Source: a virus
IMG/VR virus record: IMGVR_UViG_3300045988_176028
DNA length: 64,000 nucleotides
Reading direction: 5' to 3' (one strand)
The translations under genes and the position numbers were made by a program. This document shows positions 54,901 through 62,671 of the stretch, piece after piece (position 1 is the stretch's first letter; every line of letters begins with the position of its first letter). The notes beneath the pieces are model-generated. The model did not search any database. It saw only the letters and a program-made list of their open reading frames with translations, and was not told where the DNA came from.

Positions 54901-57555
54901 GAGGATTCCGACTGGAACTTCCTGAACACCGTCGCATCCAACATGACATTGACGGCGCAATGGAAGCGCAACGAGGTCAAGAAGTATACGGTCGCTTTCG
55001 ACACTGCGGACGGCACCAGCATCGACCCGCAGACCATCAGGGATGGTGGCAAGGTTTCCAAGCCGGATGACCCGACCCGTGAGGGCTACGAGTTCAAGGG
55101 ATGGACTCTGAACGGCGTTGACTACGATTTCACCGCTCCAGTGAAAGCCGACCTTGTCCTGACAGCCGTATGGACTCCCGTCAAGCCGAAGACCTACACC
55201 ATCACGTTCGACACCGATGGAGGAACCGTAGTCCCCTCCCAGACGGTGAAGGACAAGGGAACGGCGACCGAACCTACCGCCCCAACCAAGACCGGTTACG
55301 AGTTCAAGGGTTGGCTGTTGGATGGGAAAACGTATGATTTCACCACGCCCGTCACCAAGGATGTGACATTGAAAGCCAAGTGGGAGAAGACGAAAGTCGA
55401 ATCCTACACGGTGGCGTTCAATTCAGCGGAAGGAAGTGAGGTGGCGTCCCAAACGGTCGAACAAGGCAAGACCGCCGTCAAACCTGACGACCCGACCCGT
55501 GAAGGCTACACATTCCTCGGCTGGTATGCGGGAGACGCCGCATACGATTGGGATACTCCGGTCACAGGCAACCTCATTCTGACCGCACACTGGCAGAAGG
55601 ACGAGCAACCCCAGCCGAAGACCTACACGGTCACGTTCGACTATCAGAACGGCAGTCCCTCCGATACTCGAACAGTGTCCGAGGGGAACACCGTCTCCCC
55701 GCCGGAAAATCCGGTGCGAGACGGTTACGACTTCCAAGGATGGGTTGCTATCGACGGTTCCGAATTCGATTTCGAACAGCCGATTACCTCTGACACTCTG
55801 GTGAGCGCCAAGTGGAAGAAGCATGAAGACCCGAAGCCGGTCATGCACACCGTCACGTTCAACTCGAACGGAGGCACGAGCATCGACCCGCAGACGGTTC
55901 AGGACGGGTTGACCGTCCGCCGTCCGGCAGACCCGGTGAAGAACGATTATGTGTTCGACGGATGGTATCTTGACAACGACCAGTATGATTTCAACAAGCC
56001 AGTCACCGGTGACATCACGCTGACCGCAATCTACCATCGCAAACCGATACCACAGCCGAACACGTACACCGTGCGTTTCGACACCGGTGAGGGAAGCAAG
56101 GTTGACCCGCAGACCATCATTGAAGGCAAGACCGTCATCCGTCCGGCAGACCCGAGCATGGACGGTTACGACTTCCAAGGATGGCTGTTGGACGGCAAGG
56201 ATTATGATTGGAACACTCCAATCACCGGCGACATGACTCTGACCGCATCGTGGAAGAAGCATGAGGAGCCGAAGCCCGTCACCCATACGGTCAGCTTCTA
56301 CACCGATGGCGGGAACACGGTCGCACAGCAGACCGTGAACGACGGTGAGACCGTCACGGTACCGGATACGCCAACCAAGAACGGATACACGTTCTCAGGG
56401 TGGACGCTGAACGGCGAACCATACGATTTCAACCTTCCCGTCACAGCCGACATCACCTTGAAGGCCACATGGGTTGAAAACCAGAAGCCCCAGCCGAAAC
56501 GCCACACGGTCACATTCGACACGACCGGAGGGTCTGAAATCGGCCAGCAGACCGTCGATGAGGGGGAGAAAGCCATCCAACCCGCAAACCCAACCCGTGA
56601 AGGATACGACTTCCAAGGCTGGTTGCTGAACGGACAAGCCTATGATTGGAACACTCCAATCACCGGCGACATCACCCTCACCGCATCGTGGACTGAGAAA
56701 GCCCCGACCCTATTCACGGTCGCGTTCAATACGGGCGGCGCTTCCAACATCCCATCTCAAAAAGTCAAGGAAGGTGATAAGGCCGCACGTCCGACCGACC
56801 CGAAGCGTACCGGATACACTTTCACCGGATGGCAGTTGAACGGCAAGGACTACGATTGGAACACTCCAATCACCACGGATATCATTCTGACCGCCACATG
56901 GCAGAAGAACGAAACTCCGAAACCGGTCTTCTACACCGTCAAATTCGACACCGGCAACGGTTCGAAGATTGACCTGCAAACCATTCAACAGGGAGGAAAG
57001 GTCAAGAAGCCCGCAGACCCGACCCTGAACAGTTACAAGTTCATCGGATGGCAGTTGGATGGCAAGGACTACGATTTCAACACTGCGGTATCCAAGGATA
57101 TGACTTTGACCGCAGTGTGGGAAGCCAATACCCTGCCCCCGACCGTCAAGAAGCATACCGTGACAGTGACCTTGTATGACGGCAAGACCGAACGTTATGA
57201 GGTCAAGGATGGTGAGAAGCTGACACTTCCATCCAATCCAACCCGTGACGGATACGTGTTCGACGGTTTCATTGACAAGGACGGCAACGTCTACGACATG
57301 AGCAAGCCCGTGGTCAAAGACCTGACGTTGACCTGCGTGTGGAAGAAGGCCAACGGCGTCTCCTCCGACAAGGACAAGGAGATTGCCGACGCATCCACCA
57401 ATGGGACGGTTGGTAATGGCGAACAGAATTCTGGCTCCCAGAATCCTCTAGCCAGCACTGGCGCTCCAATCTACGGAATGGTCATCGCGGCCATCATCGC
57501 CGGACTCGGCGGCATTGGAATACTGCTCGCCCGGCTATGTAGCCGAAACGAGTAA
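51910..57555 (+). CDS. LAxTG-anchored surface protein (about 1881 aa) with 17 Listeria-Bacteroides-type repeats
   Basis: ATG at 51910 after GAAAGAGGA. Signal peptide (...VVLTPVSEAYAETAD). About six N-terminal modules of roughly 85 aa (VPDGW...YTLTS...VSYKF). 17 copies of GY.F.GW...G..YDF. C-terminal LASTG, a TM and RLCSRNE. Confidence 0.85.
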   Translation: MRKPIALLAAGSMMLMPLLGATSVVLTPVSEAYAETADSTASDYPEGVTAYLDGTRLASFDPSGNGVYDATGQTVELSGVPDDWTVQWRSMVNGITNKDSIMYILSNGSTTYRYWFDGADGAVHTVEELHGMTITLNGQAVDGDITKGFTIHNVTASDMKGYENTPYGWVLDGDSEDDHYTYTAHPEDSDTPSVQYTFMYDDTRPHDSINSLRNLKAYLTVDGSAVKGFDYTLANTDTIAIPMNTDVRLEGVPDGWKVDYNNPSTGKLNRVYTLTGPCGDTFTYIFHPTSDYKGYYYIDQLQYVRAFADGELVDGFDYKGGAWSFPETTKNVEIANVPDDWNTQRTVNGNIITYVVSSPNNSVSVTYVFNIAKHQASLDELANVKAIVGGNYVSGFNPKQSGIYEYEDGQGIAIVNVPSGWTQTTTDGDGYKVYTLTSGDLSVSYRFNKHVKTYSVDELAKVSASTDDGVVQDFKPMESGTYTIGEHATVWITGVPDGWDTKSSDNDMTYTVTSPDGKIKVVYTFKHAKHQYSASELKNVTAKLPNGDYLNGFDPVSGGEFTVPMGTKNVTIGHIPNGWNLTKNNGLSYTLTSNDGEVSVSYKFHAKNGHTVVFDTDGGTTVESQTVEDGGTITPPDDYPSKTGYRFKGWYKDGVPYDFTQPVYDDAVITAKWTVNTYEVYFDAGASDDWYPMQTIAYGDKVVKPVDPTLDGYDFAGWLLDGKVYSFDTPVTADMTLTASWKTAQVKTHTVTFTGAGDDFIQTVADGSSATVPTVPSKKGYTFDGWYSGDSLYDFTTPVTDDLTVEAHWTKNTYTVSFDSNGGSDVDSQQVEYKDTVSQPDNPTLDGYTFQGWTLDGDPYDFNTPVTSSITLKALWSKNTPVAKKHTVTFDSSEGSKVDSQTVKEGDPVSKPDNPTREGYTFNGWLLGGDPYDFTTPVMQDLTLTASWTKNKSTYTVKFDLNGGDGNIADQKVKEGSTIDRPANPTREGYTFMGWQYEDSDWNFLNTVASNMTLTAQWKRNEVKKYTVAFDTADGTSIDPQTIRDGGKVSKPDDPTREGYEFKGWTLNGVDYDFTAPVKADLVLTAVWTPVKPKTYTITFDTDGGTVVPSQTVKDKGTATEPTAPTKTGYEFKGWLLDGKTYDFTTPVTKDVTLKAKWEKTKVESYTVAFNSAEGSEVASQTVEQGKTAVKPDDPTREGYTFLGWYAGDAAYDWDTPVTGNLILTAHWQKDEQPQPKTYTVTFDYQNGSPSDTRTVSEGNTVSPPENPVRDGYDFQGWVAIDGSEFDFEQPITSDTLVSAKWKKHEDPKPVMHTVTFNSNGGTSIDPQTVQDGLTVRRPADPVKNDYVFDGWYLDNDQYDFNKPVTGDITLTAIYHRKPIPQPNTYTVRFDTGEGSKVDPQTIIEGKTVIRPADPSMDGYDFQGWLLDGKDYDWNTPITGDMTLTASWKKHEEPKPVTHTVSFYTDGGNTVAQQTVNDGETVTVPDTPTKNGYTFSGWTLNGEPYDFNLPVTADITLKATWVENQKPQPKRHTVTFDTTGGSEIGQQTVDEGEKAIQPANPTREGYDFQGWLLNGQAYDWNTPITGDITLTASWTEKAPTLFTVAFNTGGASNIPSQKVKEGDKAARPTDPKRTGYTFTGWQLNGKDYDWNTPITTDIILTATWQKNETPKPVFYTVKFDTGNGSKIDLQTIQQGGKVKKPADPTLNSYKFIGWQLDGKDYDFNTAVSKDMTLTAVWEANTLPPTVKKHTVTVTLYDGKTERYEVKDGEKLTLPSNPTRDGYVFDGFIDKDGNVYDMSKPVVKDLTLTCVWKKANGVSSDKDKEIADASTNGTVGNGEQNSGSQNPLASTGAPIYGMVIAAIIAGLGGIGILLARLCSRNE
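53731..57348 (+). repeat. Array of 17 repeats of about 70 aa (G-Y-x-F-x-G-W ... Y-D-F ... L-T-A-x-W)
   Basis: Counted by eye in the translated protein. Confidence 0.8.
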
Positions 57556-57573
57556 CGCCTATATATAGCGAGG

Positions 57574-57606
57574 AAGCCTCCAGTCTTAAAAACTGGGGGC
57601 TTTCTC
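57574..57606 (+). terminator. Rho-independent terminator
   Basis: AAGCCTCCAGT-N7-ACTGGGGGCTT followed by TCTC. One mismatch in the stem. Confidence 0.55.
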
Positions 57607-57884
57607 GGTTAAGGGTGTGTATGATTGTTTTGTTATTTTTTCTTTAGAAAGTTTTACTGTGTCTATCAATTCCCCGAAATGCCATGAACAGAATCAAGAA
57701 GACAACCGACATGTGACATACTCGGAGAGTATGTCTAATAGCGTCAACGTCGAAGCACGACGTGAGGCTTTGGAAGGGAAGTACATCTTCTCTTCTTCGT
57801 CTGTTGACGAACTGATGAGGTTTCTTGATAAAGATGATTAATTACGATTCCATTGGGGGTAGGGGCCTTCTCTTTCGTGTTTTC

Positions 57885-57926
57885 TGTCAAATCACGCCAA
57901 TATCTGCTATACTGGGATAGTTCACA
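57885..57926 (+). promoter_or_regulatory. Conserved promoter/leader box, copy 10, upstream of ssb (TGTCAA-N17-TATACTGGGATAGTTCACA)
   Basis: The -35-like TGTCAA lies at 57885-90. The box TGCTATACTGGGATAGTTCACA lies at 57905-26. Confidence 0.65.
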
Positions 57927-57948
57927 AATTCAATGGAAGGTTTAACAC

Positions 57949-58518
57949 ATGCCAACCCCAAGCACAACCCTCGAAGGCCGACTCACCGACGACCCGCAAC
58001 GCAACCAGCGCAACCCCAATCTGGTTGAATTCTCCATTGCGGAAGGCACTCGCTATCAGGATAAGAAGACCGGCGAGTGGAAAGACGGGCAGACGCTTTT
58101 CGCACGATGCAAAGTGTGGGATACCACGCTCGGCAACAACATCATGAACACACTCCGTAAAGGCATGGACGTGGTGGCGTTGGCCGACGTGAAGCAGAAC
58201 AGTTGGACTGACCAGCAGACCGGACAGAAGCGTTCGATGGTGGAATTCACAGTCACCAACATCGGTGTCGGACTCCGTCACGCGACCGCGCAGGTCATGC
58301 CGAATCCGAAACGCAACGGCGGATACGACGGCGGCAACCGTACCAACACCCAGCAGAACAATGGTCAGATGTTCCAAAATCCGAACAATCCGCCAGTGTT
58401 CCAAAATCCGAACAATTATGGTGCCGACAATTTCCAGCCAGCCGCATCCGACGACCCGTGGGGTGCTCCGATGGGCAATCCGGCACCGGTGTCGCAGAAC
58501 GACGAGCCGGAATTCTAG
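57949..58518 (+). CDS. ssb: Single-stranded DNA-binding protein
   Basis: OB-fold pattern (RLTDDPQ...FARCKVWDT...WTDQQTGQKRSMVEFTV), a G/N/Q/P-rich linker and an acidic tip (NDEPEF). Confidence 0.9.
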   Translation: MPTPSTTLEGRLTDDPQRNQRNPNLVEFSIAEGTRYQDKKTGEWKDGQTLFARCKVWDTTLGNNIMNTLRKGMDVVALADVKQNSWTDQQTGQKRSMVEFTVTNIGVGLRHATAQVMPNPKRNGGYDGGNRTNTQQNNGQMFQNPNNPPVFQNPNNYGADNFQPAASDDPWGAPMGNPAPVSQNDEPEF

Positions 58519-58528
58519 TCTCTAAAAG

Positions 58529-58570
58529 CGCGGGGTCATGCGTTTTAAGCATAGACCCCGCGTTCTTTTT
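58529..58570 (+). terminator. Rho-independent terminator
   Basis: CGCGGGGTC...GACCCCGCG with inner ATGC/GCAT pairing, followed by TTCTTTTT. Confidence 0.8.
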
Positions 58571-58595
58571 GGTTTAATCAGAAGGGGATAAAATA

Positions 58596-59993
58596 ATGGT
58601 CAAACCCGGTCGCAAACCCATGGATGTTGCCGGTCAACGTTTCGGGAAACTCACGGTGGAAAAGTATGTTCCCAATACTAAAAAAGGTTCCTATTGGTTA
58701 TGTTCTTGCGATTGCGGCAATAACGTCGTCGTATCTTTAGGTAATCTGAAAAAAGGCAATACAAAAAGCTGTGGGTGTCTTTCTAAAAAAGGAAAACCTT
58801 ACGGGGAACGGCCACGGGGAAAACGTAACGAGCTTTCGTCCACTTCTAAGGGGAGACGCCGGAGAGCAGATGAGTTGTGCGGAAAACAATTCGGACGTTT
58901 GACCGTATTAAGTTTTCAAGGTGTCAATAAGAACCATCACTCCGTCTACTTATGCCGGTGCTCTTGCGGGAAAACAGTCTCAGTAGTTAGAAATGCCCTA
59001 ACTACGGGGAACACTAGAAGTTGCGGGTGTTTTGAAGTTCAAAGGACTCGGGAAACCCGACTTAAACATGGTGACGCTTCTGAAAATTCTCCGTATGTTA
59101 AGCTTTTTCACTCGTGGAAACTGATGCTTGACCGTTGTAGCAATCCCCGTAACGTTTCTTATTCTCATTACGGGAAAAGAGGTGTTCAGGTCTGCGATGA
59201 ATGGAAGGAATGGGGAATCTTCAAAAAATGGGCTATTGACAATGGGTGGAAAGCGAACGCTGGATTATCCCTCGACAGAATAGATGTTGACGGAAACTAT
59301 GAACCGGATAATTGCAGGTGGACGGATGCCAAGACGCAGTCTAATAATAAAAGGAAAAGCATACGAGTCGTATATGGTGACAAACGTATTTCATTGTATG
59401 ATTGGGCGAGAATAAAGGGAATTTCTTTAGAAGAAGCAAAAGGAATGTTCTCCTCAAATATATTGGAGAACCCACCTCAACTATTAGAAGAAAAGGACGA
59501 CAACGTGGAAAAGAAAAAAATCACAAAGATTTCCGACGGAATGAAAATCGGGTATTTAACCGTACTTCGACCCAATGGGAAAGACAGGTACGGTCATGTC
59601 GTCTATCTTTGTCGTTGCGTGTGTGGCAGGGAGAAAAATGTTCTGGTTTCCAATCTAAGGAATGGTAGTGTCAAAAGCTGTGGGTGCATGAGAAAACAGC
59701 TCATATCCAAAGCTAGGACAAAACACGGGGATAGTATTAAAAGCTCTCCATATTATCGGTTGTATAGGGTTTGGGACGATATGATTCACCAGCGTCGGAT
59801 TGAATCTTATGAGGAACGGGAACTTATTCCCGTTTGCAAAGACTGGTCTGTATGGGCGTCTTTTAAGGAATGGTCTTTAGCCAATGGGTATTCGAAGGAT
59901 AAAAAGTTAACGAGAATTTCATATCGTAAAGGCTACGAACCGGATAATTGCGTTTGGCGTTCTGAGGGTGAGTATGTTTTGCATAAGTTTTAA
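58596..59993 (+). CDS. Low-GC protein with three Cys-rich modules and two HNH/AP2-like modules (homing-endonuclease-like)
   Basis: The Cys-rich modules follow G..FG.LTV...Y.C.C.CG...V....L..G...SCGC. The HNH/AP2-like modules follow Y..W..M..R...YG.RG..VC.EW...F..W...NG....LDRIDVDGNYEPDNCRW. GGGGA RBS. Confidence 0.6.
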   Translation: MVKPGRKPMDVAGQRFGKLTVEKYVPNTKKGSYWLCSCDCGNNVVVSLGNLKKGNTKSCGCLSKKGKPYGERPRGKRNELSSTSKGRRRRADELCGKQFGRLTVLSFQGVNKNHHSVYLCRCSCGKTVSVVRNALTTGNTRSCGCFEVQRTRETRLKHGDASENSPYVKLFHSWKLMLDRCSNPRNVSYSHYGKRGVQVCDEWKEWGIFKKWAIDNGWKANAGLSLDRIDVDGNYEPDNCRWTDAKTQSNNKRKSIRVVYGDKRISLYDWARIKGISLEEAKGMFSSNILENPPQLLEEKDDNVEKKKITKISDGMKIGYLTVLRPNGKDRYGHVVYLCRCVCGREKNVLVSNLRNGSVKSCGCMRKQLISKARTKHGDSIKSSPYYRLYRVWDDMIHQRRIESYEERELIPVCKDWSVWASFKEWSLANGYSKDKKLTRISYRKGYEPDNCVWRSEGEYVLHKF

Positions 59994-60219
59994 TCAAAGA
60001 TTGGAAACATTTTATGTATGGTTCTTTAGTTGACGCCGATAGCAGCGATTATGTCAGAAAAGAAATATGGGCAGTCCCCGTCCATAAAAAATCCAAGCAG
60101 ATAAGAGGATACTAAATGCGCGTGCAACATTACAATCCAAATCCCGTCCCCCAACCGAAAAACGCTTACGAATGGCGCGTTTTCCTGTTCAGCCACTTGG
60201 ATAAGCCAGTACCATTGAA

Positions 60220-60579
60220 TTGGAACAGCAACTCCCAACATCAAAGGAAAAACAAGTGGCGTCGATAAAAGTATTCATGGGAAACACGATATATCCGGTA
60301 GAAATATCTAAAGGCCAGCATATAAGCTTCTACTATCTTCCAGCCGGTGAGCATACCGCGCCCGGACGTGAGGAACAGGTTCAGAAAGCCACTTTGGAGA
60401 ATGAGTCCGGCAGAACCATCAAGACTTGGGAGGCTGTCGGCGGCTTGTTTAAGAACAAGATTGTGACCAAGCATGCTCCTCTACTTCGCCGTATGATGGG
60501 TGCTTCGGACACCTACCAGTTCGACAAGTGCATTGGTGGCCCTCAGTTTTTCTCCGCGCAGGAAGAAGCGGAGTGTTAA
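60220..60579 (+). CDS. Hypothetical protein (start uncertain)
   Basis: Open frame with no convincing RBS at either candidate start (TTG 60220, ATG 60277). Confidence 0.3.
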   Translation: MEQQLPTSKEKQVASIKVFMGNTIYPVEISKGQHISFYYLPAGEHTAPGREEQVQKATLENESGRTIKTWEAVGGLFKNKIVTKHAPLLRRMMGASDTYQFDKCIGGPQFFSAQEEAEC

Positions 60580-60590
60580 ATTGGGTTCAC
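60574..60590 (+). promoter_or_regulatory. Shortened variant of the conserved box (TGTTAAATTGGGTTCAC) upstream of the CHAP gene
   Basis: TGtTAAATT extended -10-like sequence, then GGGTTCAC. About 4 nt shorter than the consensus. Confidence 0.3.
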
Positions 60591-60619
60591 CTGCACATAA
60601 AGCGGCTCCAACTAGAGTC

Positions 60620-61351
60620 ATGCAACGTCGGCGTAGACTATTCCAGCGTCGTATCGCGGTTTGTTTGTTGGCTGGAATGTTCGCCGCCGCCGGTACGTCT
60701 ATGCTTGTGTTGAAGCCAACTCCCAGCGCTTACGCTGAGGCTAAGCCGTTTGATACGAGTACCGCTACTACTCGAAGCACGTTGACTGAAACCAGTGCGG
60801 CATCCCGTAGCGCGTCCCGTGAAGAGTTGAAGGATTATAAGGCCACAAGCAATGATGGAAGTTGGAGCATGTCCGATTCCGATGGTGTGACCGGCAAACT
60901 GACTGCTATCAGTGCGGATAATCCGGTGGTTAAATCGTTGATTAACGGTCGTGACGAGGGTCAGACTCCTGACGGTTTCAATCCGAATCATGCGACCGGT
61001 GACACGGGCAATGCCTACGAGTTTTCGCAATGCACTTGGTGGGCTTACGTGCGCCGTCACCAGTTGGGATTGCCCGCTGGCTCCCACATGGGCAATGGTG
61101 CCGACTGGGCGAACACGGCCCGTAAACTCGGATATTGGGTTGACAACACTCCCCGTGTCGGTGATGTGATTTGCTTCCAACGTGGACAATACGATTCAGA
61201 CCCCACGTATGGTCATGTGGGGATTGTCGAAAACGTTGGCGCGGATGGTTCAATCACCACGTCCGAATGCGGTAGCGCATACAATGGCAAACCGTTCAGC
61301 CGCACTTTCACTGCGGAACAGGCGTCCCAACTGCAATTCATCCACTACTGA
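60620..61351 (+). CDS. Secreted CHAP-domain peptidoglycan hydrolase
   Basis: ATG at 60620 and a signal peptide (RRIAVCLLAGMFAAAGTSMLVLKPTPSAYAEA). Catalytic-type motifs FSQCTWWAY and YGHVGIVENV. Confidence 0.8.
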   Translation: MQRRRRLFQRRIAVCLLAGMFAAAGTSMLVLKPTPSAYAEAKPFDTSTATTRSTLTETSAASRSASREELKDYKATSNDGSWSMSDSDGVTGKLTAISADNPVVKSLINGRDEGQTPDGFNPNHATGDTGNAYEFSQCTWWAYVRRHQLGLPAGSHMGNGADWANTARKLGYWVDNTPRVGDVICFQRGQYDSDPTYGHVGIVENVGADGSITTSECGSAYNGKPFSRTFTAEQASQLQFIHY

Positions 61352-61368
61352 CCGGAAAGAACACAAGA

Positions 61369-61560
61369 ATGGTGAAACCGCTTTCAAACCGCTCGCGCCG
61401 AAGCATTATGACTCCCCAAGGCGCGATAACAGGCCATGAGTTTGACGAGTTCGTGAAAGCCAGAGGTGGCACACCCTACCGGCTCGACACCGGCGGGGAT
61501 GGAATCTTCGACCCATTCCAAGAAGACGGAAAGAACAGCAAAAGCCCATCGAAGAAATGA
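61369..61560 (+). CDS. Hypothetical protein (63 aa)
   Basis: GGAAAG lies 10 nt upstream of the ATG. Confidence 0.4.
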   Translation: MVKPLSNRSRRSIMTPQGAITGHEFDEFVKARGGTPYRLDTGGDGIFDPFQEDGKNSKSPSKK

Positions 61561-61592
61561 TTTGCGGCACAGAAAGCCGCCAGAAAGGAAAG

Positions 61593-62498
61593 ATGCAAAC
61601 CATGTTGGATAAGAAAACAGCGCAGGAGATAAGCGAACTGTGCGTTGAGAAAATCGATTGGACGATAGTCGGCATTGAAGGTGGCACCGTAACCATCTTC
61701 ACCGGCAAGGACAGGTATTACGCGTCCTACGGTACCGAAGGTAGTGACCCCATCACGGAGACGAGCAAGTCAAAGGAACCCGGCAACGCGAGGTGGTTTG
61801 AACGGGACGGAACCGTGTCCTCCGACCATCCGGTAATCTGCACGGTGAGCGTGCATGACGGGAAGGCTGAGACGGACGTTCGTCACATGCCGCCCATGTT
61901 CGATGAGGAAGCCTACGAAGCTGTTGCCAATATGGAACTTGATAGGAAATTCGTCCACGATGAAAGTGGAGAGGATTATTGGCCGGATTGGCCGAAGGAC
62001 ACCATCAAGGCATGGCAACAGTTCCGGGATGAGATTGAAGACATTCCGGAAGACTACAAATACGTTCTATTTGAGGTCGAGCCGAGCACGCAGAAACTTC
62101 TGTTCGCCTTGTCGGAAATCACCGGAATACACTATCTGTCTGAAATTCCACTCACCATCAAAGTACTGCCCGAGGATGCGAAACAAGTCCGATTCAGCAT
62201 TCCCGAAAGCGAAGCGAAAATGTGGTGGGATGTTCGCGCCCGCAGTTGGGATAGCCGTTTCATCATATGTACCCACCAGTGGCCGTTCCACAAGAAAGGA
62301 CAATTGATGTACACCATCATCGACCGGAAGCGTAACGTTCGCGGCGCATGCACCTATCTGGGTGGCGGGGCGAGCAAGGACGGCACGTATACGGACGCGG
62401 AATGCGCGGAACTCATCAGCCGACTATCCGACCCGAAGGACGAAACCCAAGTCAGCTACCGCAACTACGTGCCCTTGCGACTCGTGGAATACCGGTAG
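61593..62498 (+). CDS. Hypothetical protein (301 aa)
   Basis: ATG at 61593 after GAAAGGA. The track start is at 61557. Confidence 0.55.
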   Translation: MQTMLDKKTAQEISELCVEKIDWTIVGIEGGTVTIFTGKDRYYASYGTEGSDPITETSKSKEPGNARWFERDGTVSSDHPVICTVSVHDGKAETDVRHMPPMFDEEAYEAVANMELDRKFVHDESGEDYWPDWPKDTIKAWQQFRDEIEDIPEDYKYVLFEVEPSTQKLLFALSEITGIHYLSEIPLTIKVLPEDAKQVRFSIPESEAKMWWDVRARSWDSRFIICTHQWPFHKKGQLMYTIIDRKRNVRGACTYLGGGASKDGTYTDAECAELISRLSDPKDETQVSYRNYVPLRLVEYR

Positions 62499-62521
62499 AA
62501 ATTAAAAGAAAGGAGCCGAAT

Positions 62522-62671
62522 ATGGGAACCGACATCACCGTAACCCAATTGGGCAGTCCCGCCGACCCCACCTATCTCGTCCGCCGTGGCGACGAATTCT
62601 GGAGCGAATGGCATTTAAGCTGTTCCGAAGCCCAACGATTGGCCTCTGAGCTAAGGAGCATGGGACTTTGA
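62522..62671 (+). CDS. Hypothetical small protein (49 aa)
   Basis: ATG at 62522 after AAAGGAG. Its stop overlaps the next start (TTGA). Confidence 0.45.
   Translation: MGTDITVTQLGSPADPTYLVRRGDEFWSEWHLSCSEAQRLASELRSMGL

Noticed and set aside
57617-57841. A 74-aa ORF in the AT-rich segment upstream of ssb.
   Set aside because: It has a GTG start with no RBS, lies in low-GC sequence with odd composition, and sits between a terminator and the ssb promoter. The evidence is insufficient.
57841-57930. Whether the conserved boxes are F-plasmid-type single-strand (Frpo-like) promoters formed by long hairpins.
   Set aside because: I looked for complementary copies of the -35 and -10 hexamers near several boxes (26000, 29150, 57900) and found none. 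The boxes read as ordinary double-strand extended -10 promoters.
60026-60244. A 72-aa minus-strand ORF.
   Set aside because: It has no RBS and overlaps the start of the equally weak + strand ORF 60220..60579. I cannot decide which of the two, if either, is real.
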